Shown here one piece after another: positions 1-34,386 of a stretch of 64,000 bases of DNA. Numbering within the stretch: position 1 is the first letter of the stretch; each line of letters begins with the position of its first letter. The DNA lies in assembly GCA_965285935.1 (NCBI GenBank), contig OZ260664.1, positions 52,762,001 to 52,826,000 of the forward strand, read 5' to 3'. The position numbers and the translations under genes were made by a program. The stretch is from Ophelia neglecta. Taxonomy: Eukaryota. The notes beneath the pieces were generated by a model. It saw nothing but the letters and a program-made list of their open reading frames with translations, did not search any database and was not told the origin of the DNA.

Positions 1-368
1 GCTTTTCTTCAGTTTGAAATTAGTCGTTCACACTTTAAGTACGATATTCTCTAATCAGCCAAATAGTTCACAAGTATTTGCAAGTAATATTTATCAGTAA
101 GCCCATTCAGATAGGGTAGCGCATACCAATTGTTAATAGCTTAAGCTTACATACATGTATCTTGATCACCGTTCTAGCTTGTGGTCATTGTAATTTTCTC
201 GTATATCGAGCATTTGACCAGCGCCATGCGTCATAGGTGTCACATTCCGTGGGATGTGATTATCGATCTGTCAATGGCTTTAAACAGTTGATCAATATGC
301 CGGATACATGAAAAGAATATTATATAAATTCCTTATGAAACATCATCTAGTGTGATGGAATTATTTGT

Positions 369-426
369 CAGATCTTATTAGCGTTTAGCTTACGACCCAG
401 ATCTTATTAGCGTTTAGCTTACGACC
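369..426. repeat. Perfect 29-bp tandem duplication (cagatcttattagcgtttagcttacgacc x2)
   Basis: Read directly: 369-397 is identical to 398-426. Confidence 0.95.
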
Positions 427-563
427 CTTTGTACAGTTGTATTGTACCGTGCGGTGGGAAGGGGTAGGCTTAACAGCTTAGGATAATTTAACTAGAACGG
501 CCTTGTCTGAGAAAACGCACCAGGGAATGGATTGCAGTATAATTAATCGGCGTTTTTTTCTAG

Positions 564-2570
564 ATGTCAAGATACGGACAGACTGAATATGAAATCGACA
601 CCTTGATCCACGGTAATATTGCCGGCAGTTTTGGTAGCCGTGCTCTGGACATTTTCCGGCGCTTTTTTGGCCCGGCGGCACTCCCCACCGAAGAGCTAAA
701 GAGCCAAGAAGAAGAGGGCTCCGTTTTCGAACATGGGCAGGTATGTGTGATTTACAACATTGCCCACAATAGACTAGCTAGTGCAGCCTAGCTGTGTGAC
801 CTCGTGTGGTATCAAGCGAGGCTATTTCTTAGAACTATGTTTGTATAGTGGCGGAGAGTGACGTGCCCGGGGGCTCGCGTAACGCCTGCTGTGCGGGGTT
901 GCTATATTCCTCAATCTCTCTCTGTATATATAAAGATATAGTTTGCAATTAAATGAGTTGAAATCAAATAATTATGTACTTGAGTAGCATTTAATGCAAT
1001 TTAACACATGCTTTAAGTCTAATTTCACATCAAAGTTAAGGATCAAAATGTAGGCTTATTTATTAAAATATATAATGACGACATGCATCATTTTTACTTC
1101 GTAATTGCATTTCAACCGTTCCGTTTTCATTCTAGCTTCCAAGCAAGTACAAGGTCCCAGTGTTGCCCATTCTTAGGGACATTGTAGTAACTGATGAAAA
1201 CCTCTCGGCTGAGTATGAGGTCCATGGGATCCGCCAAGACGAAATACCAGTCATCGGTATAGATTGATACATTTTATTTGTAATATTATTTATGAATAAG
1301 CTCTACTTGAAATGCCCTATGATCTAAGATATTCTTTTATTTGGTATACTTAATTTTAACAGATTTTATTTAAACTAATATATTAATAACTGCCATTTTT
1401 TTGCTTCTACTGGAGCTTCAGGCATATGACTTTTATATCAGTTATTTACTACTTACCTGTATTATCATACACAGTTGTTATATGCAACATGTAATTGAAA
1501 ATGGCGTGGCTTGGTGTTCTATTAATGAACTTTTTATAGGACACGATTGACAAGGATAGTCGCAGGTTCTAAGTCTTTGATATTGCCGAGCTCACTCGAC
1601 CTGTGTGCTGGGGTCCCTCGGAGAGAGGCTAGCAAATCTACCCAGTAGTAGTACAGTCCGTGTATAACATACTTCTTATATCTACATGTGTTCACAACCC
1701 TCACAAGAGAGCCTATATTTCCTTCCTGTATCTGTATTCATTGAAACTGGTATAATGACATATAAGACATAATTATAAATAATTATCTTAATATATGGAT
1801 ATCTGTGAATAAAATAAAGAGGTTAGAGCCTTCATAGAAATTGTTAATTATTAAGATAAACTAATTTACACCAATATTTCTTCCAGAAAATCACAGACAC
1901 TACTATCAGTCACTGATTTTATATCATTTTCATTTGATAAGTTTGACTATGTAGTTGTTCACCCTGAACCTCAATTAATAAATGCCCTTTTTTACTTTCA
2001 GGTACTTTTGTAGACAAGCGCATTCTCCCAGGATTCCGTTACCAAGTCAGAATTCTAGGGACAGACCAATACCTGTTTGAGGGAAAAGCCCTTCCTCTAC
2101 TGAGTGTCGGGATGGGTTACGGCAAGCGGATCACCTTTGAGGGCCACACTCATAACAGCAACACCAACTACTTCTACTCAGATACCCAACCCGCTGGGTT
2201 TGGCTTTAAACTAGTCACCATCTTACCTCAGGACAAATTCATGGTTGATAACTTTGATCTGCATACCATTGGCGAAGGCACCTTTGATGAAGTAACCGAC
2301 CAGAGGGAGCTTTCTACAGAGGTAGAAGCTGATGGGACAATCGTAAAACGAGTCCGAGTTGACTTCACTTGTGATATCAATTATTCAGCCGGACATGGCC
2401 TCCTTCCTCTACAATCCAATGACAGCTTTAAGTTTAATGCTGTAGCAGTTGTGGTCAAGCCACGCAGATCTCGGAAGGCACACACCAAGTGCATCGAACA
2501 GGTTGAGATTCCCTCTTGTGGACCTTGCACGTTTGAGATCATTAATCCAAAAGTTCAGATTACGCGCTAA
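564..2570 (+). CDS. Uncharacterised protein, about 288 aa, 3 coding exons (564-740, 1136-1256, 2002-2570); possibly 5'-incomplete
   Basis: GT-AG introns with matching phases: CAG|gtatgt...tctag|CTT (phase 0) and ATC G|gtatag...ttcag|GT ACT (phase 1). They join the two track ORFs into one open frame (MSRYGQ...HGQ-LPSKYKVPVLPILRD...EIPVI-GTFVDKRILPGFRYQVR...GMGYGKRITF...NYFYSDTQPAGFGF...QITR*). The ATG follows a ttttttctag acceptor, so an upstream exon probably exists. No family recognised. Confidence 0.8.
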
Positions 2571-4802
2571 ACTTTCCTGCAGTGGGCCCTAAACGCACAA
2601 ACTTGTCCTTGCATTCAATGTAAACAAAACTGTTTCCTGATACGTCACCAACTTGCAGGTGCAAATTAAATTTAAATCTGAAATTTCATACACTTTGAAA
2701 ACTTATCTTCTAGTTCTGAATACTTACACATGTGCCACAACTAATGTATATGGTTTCATATGTTTTCTTATCTTGATTGTTCAGATTGATAAGCCACCTG
2801 TTAACAGTTGATGTATGTCAAAAGCAAGCATCACACGTTCTTTTCAACTTGTTCCAAGCTTCCATTTTAACTTCTTTCATGCTTTAAAATTTTATTTTTT
2901 CCTTGTAACCAGTGTTTTCCTTGTTTAGTGTACATTGAAATCAGTGTAAGGAAAATTAATCCCAATGTTGCTAAATTAAAGCCATTTCAGTTGCAGATTT
3001 AATGGTGGAATCGTAATCTAAATGATATGTTTTTAAATTACCCCCATTGAAATGGTGCATTTAATTATAATTATAGAGCAATTTCTGTGGGGTTTTTAAG
3101 GAAGGTGCTTATGAACTTCCAGCTTAAAATGTTTTAGTAATGATACAATTTTACATGAAAGAACATTACTGCTAATGTCTATTTACAGATGTAACTCACC
3201 AGGCACATATAAGTATCGATGACTAAACTGTAAAATTTAATTGAGGTTAATTCATATCTTAAAGATGGACTATAGTATCGGATTAATTTCAGTTGAAGGT
3301 ACAAGTCTCATAGTCACGTACTGTACAGCTGATGTTATCAGGCAAACATTCATTTGTCAAGATGGTTGTTACTTAACTTTGTTTATATGCTTAAACGTAC
3401 ATTTTTACATGTATATTATGTTTATTTATTTTTGAAGTTTGAAATAAAACAGGAAACAATTTATATACTTGTTTTTCTTCTATACTTCAGCAATAATGAA
3501 AATATCTTAAGCAAGGGAGAATATTTCCCTGGTGAAATAACTTTTTAATAAAAACTGTTAGGAACATGCAGAATTTTTTTTAAAGAGTAATAGACATTGT
3601 GGCTGGAATTTATAACCATTACATGAAATTGTTGCAAAAAGAATCCTGATATTTTTCTTAAATTGTAAATACTGAAACCTGTAATTATTAAAATATCTGT
3701 TTTGGCCCATGACATAAGTTATAAGTACTGAACTCTTGACAAAATATTCCACAAAATGAAGCGGTTTAAATCAAGCAGTCGTAGACTCCGGTGTAAGCAC
3801 CTCTGTGATCGTGTGATGCTAGATTATAGACGAAAAAGATTGGAAATGTGGGATAAAGATTAGATGTGAGAATAAATCCTCCCATTTCACCACTACTAGT
3901 CACGTACTACATTCCGATGGACTCTGTGAGGGATGACAAAGTTTCAGTGGCGCCATCAAGCGAATCGGCTAGTTAGTAGAAAGCCTAGGCAATAATGATC
4001 AAAGATAGAGATGAGTTGGAAATTTTGTTAAGTTCTATAAAATTGGAACGTGGCTTCTTCATTCGTCCAGGATGTGCGCGGAGCAAAGATGGCCCAAGAT
4101 GAAAGGAAGCGTTTAAAACGAACCGCGACTCTCTATTTCCTTTGCTAACGGCTGGAGAAACGTTGAAACATTTGACGATTATCGAACGATTTTCGCGGTT
4201 TCTCGCCGACCAGTCGTGCAGCAGCGGGACAAAAGTGCATAGAATATGTGCATACGGGATGGCTATCGGATGCCAGGATTCATGATAGACAGGAAACAAA
4301 ATGACCCGGCCATTGTAGATGGGATTTCGCCGGTTAATACTGATCGTGAACTGAATAAGTATTGACAAGGAAAATGACTAACGATCGGCCCCTTAACAAA
4401 CTCCCACCATTTTACATTGTATATGAAAAATTTTCAAATAATATATCTAGAGAAGTTGCATACCAGGGGGAAGAGCAATCACTGGACTCCATTATGATTT
4501 AAATTCACATGTAGGCCTAGTCCATCATATGGCCTCCAGGCCCGTACGTGGGCTCGCCGAGTTGGACTGCGCACGAGTCTAAGGTATAAAATAGGTCACG
4601 TGATCGCCTGCGCTAGCGAGGTAGGGTATATCAGAACCGAGAAAAAAGTCTGAAGAAGAGGGCTTAAGTCATCTTGTTTGCAATAGTCCAACTCGAGGCT
4701 AGAGGCAAAATTCTGTGAACGATTTGTAAGAACTATAATAGATCCGCCACACATTATTGCATTAGTTTCACATTTTGGCCATAGGGGGCGCCATTAATAA
4801 AT

Positions 4803-4889
4803 TACCGTATTATCTCGCATATAGGCGCATGCGCTTATATCCGAGGGCGCGCTTATATTCGAATACAAGCGCATGCGCCTATAAGCGAG
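4803..4889. mobile_element. TcMar (Tc2/pogo-like) terminal remnant / palindromic MITE-like hairpin
   Basis: Starts TA-CCGTATT, which resembles Tc2/pogo-type termini. Arms 4814-4844 and 4859-4889 form a 31-bp inverted repeat with 3 mismatches and a 14-nt loop. Confidence 0.55.
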
Positions 4890-5127
4890 TCAGTTGTAAA
4901 AACCGGCCGGCGAAGGAGGTCGTTCAGAGAATTCGGCCCAGAAAAGTAAATACTTAAAAGTGGAAAAGAGATCCCTGGCTTTTACTTTCTTAAAGTCTTT
5001 CTCTCCAAATGTTTTATTTGCATAATAAATAAAAATTAAAGTACCTACACATAGGTATTCTTTATACTTTCAGAATAAATGCTTACCATAATGTTACCAA
5101 CAATTCAGTGACTTCTTAAGGTATTTC

Positions 5128-5365
5128 AGAGTGGTCCGGCCATCGGCCGGCGGCAAGCACGAAGGGTGACGCAATGCCAGGGGGGTCCAGGGCATGCCCC
5201 CCACCCCTAGTAGTCCCATTTAAAGCAATTAATACCGATAGATATGATGGGTGGCTGGCGCAGTTGCTACGTCCCTGTAATTCCGCTGTTACGCAGGTGT
5301 ACTATATACTGATAATCCCTGAGATCTGGGAGGACCCCCCCCCCCCCCCGGTGAAAAATGCATGA
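5128..5365. mobile_element. Probable non-autonomous DNA-transposon fragment with G/C-run subterminal motifs
   Basis: Contains ggggggtccagggcatgcccccc and a long C-run, similar to common invertebrate MITE internal motifs. Termini not resolved. Confidence 0.35.
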
Positions 5366-6703
5366 GGCTATTCTCCTTGTATTGGATTTCATAATCCCTT
5401 CCGTAGTCAGTGTCCAGCTGTGTATAGTGTATAGCTCATAACATTTAGTGCAAAGTGCACTAAAAAAGAAAAAATCCATTGGTCACTTCCTGTGAGATAG
5501 GATGGAGGGCTGTAAAATCCTGAAATGACTTTTATTTTATCTGACGAGACTTTAATCGAAAGATTTTCAATGTGGCTCGGAAAAAACCAAGAAATATCTG
5601 CGAAATGTTGTCGATTATGATAACGAATTGACGATAGGGGGCACCAAAATTCATTCATACACTTTGAAACTACCCACTGCAGAAACTTCTCTTTTAGCAG
5701 TGTTTAGGATGATCAATCGACGCATCATCGCGATTTGGTGCCTAGGGGAACTTTCACTATTGATTTTTTTGTTTTTTATTGGGCCGCTCTGTAGATGGCA
5801 CGTGTGAAAAGGACCTCTTGGGGTCAGGGCAACATGCCTGAAAATTCAGAATTCTGCTTCTGGTTTAAAAAAAAGGCCAAAAATACTTTATGACGTCATA
5901 GCGCAAAATCTTCAGTGGAGCAAGAGTGCTGCTCAGCGTCAATTAGCTGGGCAATGGCTAAGAGAACATTTTGACGGAAGTTAATAGCAATTCAATTCCG
6001 ATATGGCAGCTTTTTCTGAAGACGACATTTTTCGGCCATAAAATCCGACTTCCGGTAGCTGCACCCACCCAAAATTTACATCTCCAGAGTGCGGGGACAT
6101 TCACAGCTTGTAAAAGTTTGAGAGCGATCGATGCAAAATTGCAACCTATATCTATCATTCCACGCTTAAAACGGTGAAAAAAGCTATCAGTGCGAGAGAC
6201 GAGTGACTGCATAGTAAGCACCCGGTGTGGCGGAGTTTTACAATACCAATATAACTATACACGTGGAGTAGGTGACTTTTATTAGAAATATACATAAGTA
6301 TGTACAAGATATCACACTTTTAATACTTATCAGGTATCACAGTACATTGTATTTCTAAATGGCCCATTAACCTCAGCTCTCAGCCTATTATTTGAAGTAG
6401 GCATACTGTGCCCTATTTCCCATCATAAAATCAACTCACTTTTTTTTTAAATGATGCAATACACTGTATTCAAAACAACTGTACACAAAATGAATGTTTC
6501 AAATATAAATTTAATTTGATCATGCCAAATCAGTGGTATCAATGAGATTATATTTGGTATTTCAATTTTATATAAATTGTACATGCCAGCTATGGCCAAG
6601 TGCATTTTGTAAAACCTAACTTTTAAAGTGTACAAAAGCTATGTTAAAGCAAATAAGTTATGTTTAAGAAAGCCAGTCGGTACTCTACAATAAATTAGAG
6701 TCA

Positions 6704-28887
<22,184 letters not shown>

Positions 28888-29420
28888 CGTTGAGATAAGG
28901 CTGACTTTGTCGGTATAATTTCAACAATGTTAATTTAGTTCACTTAATCAATGGCACATTGTTATTATCAGTCAGTTCCATCCGCCATTTCTGTTTACAG
29001 CCGTTGCTACTAGATTCGCGCATGACAAAATTCATCTTCCGTAATAAGTCAGTAGTACGGGCGGGCAAAGTATTAACTACGAGTTTTTTACTTTGCTTTT
29101 CATCAAATATTCCCATTTTAACGATAAATCTATCAATATAAAAAAAATTAATGCTAGGGGAGTGTTCAAATCATAATTAAATAGTTTATTCCTGGTCAAA
29201 TGATGGCACATTAGACAAGAATACCTGAGACAAGGTTGCAAGAAACGTGTTTAGGGTGTTTCACCCTTTTCGTCACCGTGGCACTACCGGTTGTTTCTGT
29301 TCTGTCACCCTGTTTGACAGTTATTGACCGTCCGCTCTCTGAACTGCTAAATAAATACGTATTCTATTAGGCATTTCATGTTCGCTGCTTAAAGTTTCGT
29401 GGAGAAAACTAATATTCAGC
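28888..29420. promoter_or_regulatory. Probable bidirectional promoter region SPAG17/MECR
   Basis: Locally CpG-rich sequence between divergent ATGs about 1.5 kb apart. Contains a YY1-like ccgccattt (28982), an RFX half-site-like gttgctac (29003) and a GC box gggcggg (about 29059). Confidence 0.5.
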
Positions 29421-29554
29421 ATTTAGCCACCTACACTGAGCATAGAAGTCACAATTAAACCAATGACGTGTGTGTGACCTTGCTTTGCGTCAAGAAACTT
29501 TTTCACACCCTGTAATTACACTGACTATTACTACTTCTGAAACTGTAACTGTGA

Positions 29555-29740
29555 ATTCGACCCAGACGATCTCGGCCCACCAAGTAAGGGGGTGATTGAG
29601 GGGTAGGGTAAGGGTAAGAATAGGGGTTAATGGGGTAGTGTTAGGGTCTGTAAAGTTTGATTTAAGGTAAAAGGGGTTAGTAGAGTAATGTCTTCCATTT
29701 TTTACAGATTTTCTTTGGTCGAGATCATCATCGGTCCAGA
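29555..29740. mobile_element. Small MITE-like element with degenerate telomere-like G-rich interior
   Basis: Imperfect inverted ends (gacgatctcggccca vs tggtcgagatcatc) flank a G-rich tract: ggggtagggtaagggtaag...ggggttaatggggtagtgttaggg. Confidence 0.45.
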
Positions 29741-29753
29741 TCTTTTTGGATAA

Positions 29754-30163
29754 GGGACGGACCATTCAATATCTGGGGGGGGGGGGGGGGGGCGACAAAT
29801 TTAAAAAAAAAAATTGTTTGTTTCTGGCTATGCATAAAAAAATTGTTTGTTTCTGACTCTGGAAAAAATAAATTGTTTGATATTTTCTTTCAAAAATTTT
29901 TTTTGCATAAGCACTGATCCATTCTTCGATGGATTCTAAAAAAAGGTTGGCCTCACGGCCAAATAATGACTTAACACATAGGGTATACAAGTTTGATCAA
30001 GTCTAGGGAAAAAATATTTGACGGAGATTTGTTAGAAATAAAAATTGTTTGCTTCACAGATAGGAAAAAATAAATTGTTTGTTTGTCCAAAGCTAGAAAT
30101 TTTTTTGTTTCACTAGAAAATATTTTGTCGCCCCCCCCCCCCAAATATCTAATGGTGCGTCCC
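29754..30163. mobile_element. PIF/Harbinger-like MITE, about 410 bp, TAA target-site duplication
   Basis: TIRs gggacggaccattcaatatct(G)n-cgacaaa and tttgtcg(C)n-aaatatctaatggtgcgtccc. Flanked by taa at 29751-29753 and 30164-30166. Internal repeated aaaattgtttg motifs. Confidence 0.85.
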
Positions 30164-30393
30164 TAAGTCCATCTGCTTCTATTTCAGGGTGTGAAAAAAA
30201 AATCGAACTGAATACCAGAACGGTGGGAAGTGGCCGCCCTTGTGTTGGAACAGGGTTTTTTTGTTGTAGCTGTTTTGATCCAGACTCTGTTGATAGTAGT
30301 AGGCAGGTAGTTTAATGTACACAAAAAATAGTGTATGACAGAAATACCCTAAGGCTGATCTTGGTCTTAAAGTGCAAAGGATACAATAGCAAA

Positions 30394-31530
30394 ATGATAT
30401 TAGTGCATCGTCACTTGTTCAAGTATGTTTCTTCAAAGGGAAAATTTCTCTCCTCAAAACTATGGTCTTCCACCGGGTCAAGAAATTTTTCAGAAACTAT
30501 AGCCCTCATATACAGAGAACATGGAGATCCAGTCAAAATGCTACATGCCGAGAAATCACCTCTCCAAAATGTAACTGGTGACCATGTTTCCATCAGGATG
30601 CTAGCTGCTCCCATCAATCCATCAGATATCAATCAAATTCAGGGAGTTTATCCTGTTAAGCCATCCCTCCCAGCAATTGCAGGAAATGAGGGTGTTGGAG
30701 AAATAGAAGAAATTGGTCCTTTAGTCAAGAACCTGAAACCAGGAGACTGGGTTGTACCAGCAGATGCAAGCTGGGGTACATGGAGAACAAGGGCAGTGTG
30801 TCCAGAATCCGAGATCCTACAAATCCCTAATGACATCCCTGTTGAGGCTGCTGCAACCATGGCCGTCAACCCTTGCACTGCATATCGCTTGCTTTTAGAT
30901 TTTGAGAAATTGGAACCAGGAGATATTGTGATACAAAATGGGGCAAACAGTGGAGTTGGTCAATCAGTCATACAAATTGCAGCTGCCTTGGGCTTAATCA
31001 CAATCAACATTGTTCGTAATCGGGAAGAAATAGGAAGTCTTACCAACTACCTTGAAGGGCTTGGAGCGACTCATGTGATCACAGATGACTTCCTAAGGAC
31101 TCCAAATATGAAATCTATGATGAAATATCTTCCAAAGCCTAAACTGGCATTGAATTGTGTGGGCGGAAGAGCAACTGCTGATCTGCTGAAATACCTAGAA
31201 AAAGGCTGTACAATGGTAACTTATGGTGGTATGTCTAAGCAGCCAATCATGATTCCCGCAGGCCCTCTAATATTTAATGATGTCAAGCTGTGTGGGTACT
31301 GGAACACTAACTGGAACAAGGAAAATAAACATAATCCAGCAAGGGCAGAAATGTGGAAAAACTTGTCAGACATGATCCGTAATGGAGAATTAAAGGCACC
31401 AACATACGAATTTATACATATGAAGAAATATCATGAAGCTGTTGAGAATGCCATGAAGCCATATATGTCTGCCAAACAGATCCTGGCCATTTCTGATGAT
31501 CTAATTGAAAAAATACATTTACATCCATAG
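30394..31530 (+). CDS. MECR: Mitochondrial trans-2-enoyl-[ACP]/CoA reductase (MDR superfamily), 378 aa, single coding exon
   Basis: Motifs MLAAPINPSDINQIQGVY (catalytic Tyr), GNEGVG, GTWRT, AATMAVNPCTAY, QNGANSGVGQSVIQ, LALNCVGG, VTYGGMSKQP and GYW. The basic/Ser-rich N-terminus looks like a mitochondrial presequence. The first in-frame ATG is 30394; the track ORF starts at a GTG. AATAAA at about 31705. Confidence 0.95.
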   Translation: MILVHRHLFKYVSSKGKFLSSKLWSSTGSRNFSETIALIYREHGDPVKMLHAEKSPLQNVTGDHVSIRMLAAPINPSDINQIQGVYPVKPSLPAIAGNEGVGEIEEIGPLVKNLKPGDWVVPADASWGTWRTRAVCPESEILQIPNDIPVEAAATMAVNPCTAYRLLLDFEKLEPGDIVIQNGANSGVGQSVIQIAAALGLITINIVRNREEIGSLTNYLEGLGATHVITDDFLRTPNMKSMMKYLPKPKLALNCVGGRATADLLKYLEKGCTMVTYGGMSKQPIMIPAGPLIFNDVKLCGYWNTNWNKENKHNPARAEMWKNLSDMIRNGELKAPTYEFIHMKKYHEAVENAMKPYMSAKQILAISDDLIEKIHLHP

Positions 31531-34386
31531 CTCTGAATTAACTAAAATTTGAGAGACAATAATAATAGTAATGCAAATCTGACTCTTATATTTCGTAGTT
31601 AGGTTTATAGACTTGTGCCATTGGTTTATATAAATATATATTGCAATATTGCTTATAATGACAAATCTGTGAAGCTTTGAGCTCTGACTGCTTATTAGTT
31701 TTGAAATAAAGGGACAGTATACAATGTAAATGTTATGACTTCATTTTCATTGATGTTGTTTCAACTCTGATCAATGATAAATTATCATTCATCTTAAATG
31801 AATTATTCTAATTTACCTCTTTGATACTGCTCATGAATTAAAGGCTCATGAAAATTAAGGGTTTGACAATCCACTGTATATTAAATTCAAGTAATCAACT
31901 TGTAGGGACACTTGCACTCATTAGATTTTCAGTAAATCAAATTAAAGACTGGATAATTCAGTTCTATCAAGAAATCAACATTAAGTTTCAAAAAAATAAA
32001 TGGTCTTACAATACAGCTTACCAAGATAAGCAAAATTTTACCGTCCACACAGAATAGAAACGCAAACCACTTTTTTCTGAATTTGTTTGACAAAGAAGTT
32101 GAGGGACTTTTTGCCACAGGTCTTCTACAAAATAAAAATTCAATCTTTTCGATAAATATATTTTTCTTTGAACTGCCGGTATGGTTTATAGGCCTCCTAA
32201 ATTTGTTTGCAATAGGAGACGCCACCCTAGTGCTTATACTACTTCCTCTACAGCAGTATGGTGCCAAAGAGCATTATCAAGATAGTGCAAATAGTATTGG
32301 CTCTATGGGGCTGAAATTAACAGGATGGAAGCCATAGCAACGCAAAATAAAAATGTGATCAGCAAGTCTAATTTTCTTTTTTGATTCTCTTATCATTTCA
32401 GACAATATGGTTGCGTTTACATAAGGTAGTGCGGGAGTTCGGGAGCTTGCTAGCTGTAATTGGTCAACATATGGTGAATTTTAACCAGTAATTACACAGA
32501 CATTTGCCTTCAAAATGATATAGGACTTGATTCTGATGAATGTTTTGAATATGACTTATAAAAATATTACAATGGTGGCTTATGGAAATCCTAATGTGCC
32601 CTTCTTGCCTTTTCCCCTGCCACAGTACTAGATCTACTAGTATGTAAATTACTAAAATACAATATTTTATTCATTCCAAAATGGTTTTTTTTAGTCAAGG
32701 ACCAACTGTTCCCACCAAGTTTTCATCCAAAAGAGCAAATGATATATCAATTAAGAGAAAAATATATCTCAAGCTAATGAACTAAATCAAACATGTTAAA
32801 GCGAAATACAGTTGGTGTTATATATACTGTTGTCTATAATGGATATGAACAAAAAAAACTTTTATACATCCATGTTAAGTGCTCAACAGAACCATACCAT
32901 GGTATATTAAATATATGAAAGTACTAGATCAAGCCTACACTTGCTTAAACTGCTTATCCTAAAGATTAATATTCATAACTCAAATTAAACTAATAATTGT
33001 CATTTATAACTTGACTTAATATTTGGGAAAAAAAACAAAATCCGTTAAAAACAATTTTTATACTTACTTTGAAACTATATTCTTGGCAATGAATTCTTGG
33101 CTGAGATCTACTGTTAGTTTATTTAGCCTTGAGTAAGATTTAATATGATCCTAGGCTAAGTGAAATGGAAAATAATTTAACCTATTCTTGGTCATTGTTT
33201 TTCACAACATGCATTATTATTTGCAGCAGATCTAGATCTATTGTGGACACTACAAGTTTAACAGTATACATATACTAACACTTGTAGCTGGGCACTTGCT
33301 TTTTAACAAAAATCTTTTTTTCTAACTTTTGGACATTGTAGAAGGAATGTCAACAAATTTCTATTTTGTATCAAACAAAATAAACAACTACATTTTGTCC
33401 TATTTTTTTGTATTTCATATTGATAATTTTGGAATGTATATCATACAAATACAAGTGAAATTATTTTTAAAATACCCTTAAACACAATATCTAAGCTGAC
33501 ACATCATGTATATGGTACCTGAATCACATAGCCTAACATGCTAAATAAATATAGGAATTATAAATAGGTAACCCAGGTGACCACTCGGACAAGCATTAAA
33601 TCAGATATCATTTAACCTTGCTAGAATTAAAGCATTTAAGGTTTTATAGCATGACTGTATAATAATGGAGACTGGGTCACCTTTTTACAGACCATATGCT
33701 GAGTGCCTAGCTAAATACCTTACATATGAAAAACTGTCTCAGATGACATCAAATAGTTGGCTTAAACTACCAAGAATGTATATTCATGTCAATTTGAAGT
33801 TACAACAGGAAATTGTGTACTTACAAGAGATTGTTTCAAAATAAACAATAAAGAAACAAGCCAACTTAAAAACAAACAAACAAACACTAATATTTATGTA
33901 GTTTTCAATAACTGTCATAAAACTATCAAATCAAGGAACAAAATCATTCACAGAAAGATTTTAATCAAACTTAAAAAATAAAACGCCTTCTGTTATGATA
34001 AGTATAGTTTTTGGTATCAACTTTTTCTTAACAATACACAATAAACTATTCTGGGATTAAAAAACAAAATCCCCCTAATATGTGCTGCTAGGTATGATAA
34101 ATATAATATAAACACATTTGATTTGTTTAGCAGTGAGAATTTTCTCCATGAGCTAGGCTTAAAGTTTTAAGCTGTGTGGACTAGCACAGCCTAGGACGGA
34201 TATGGCATCACTCAAATTTAACAATCACAATATTTATTTCTGCTCAACCTAATTATCATTGATCAGAATGTTTTCAATGACGGCAAAAACTCTGAAACAC
34301 TGAAATACTCTGAAGCAGTTTTTTGTACTTGTCACCATTAACATAATTCCATCTTAAGGTTACCTTAATATAGATTATACGAAGAT

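Noticed and set aside
3985-4368. 127-aa ORF as a gene or transposase remnant
   Set aside because: Non-ATG start, no recognisable motif and no supporting splice structure.
29586-29680. Interstitial telomere
   Set aside because: Only degenerate TTAGGG-like units are present, and they lie inside an element with inverted ends.
30331-30393. MECR N-terminal extension in the ORF track
   Set aside because: It begins at a GTG; eukaryotic initiation at ATG 30394 gives the expected length.
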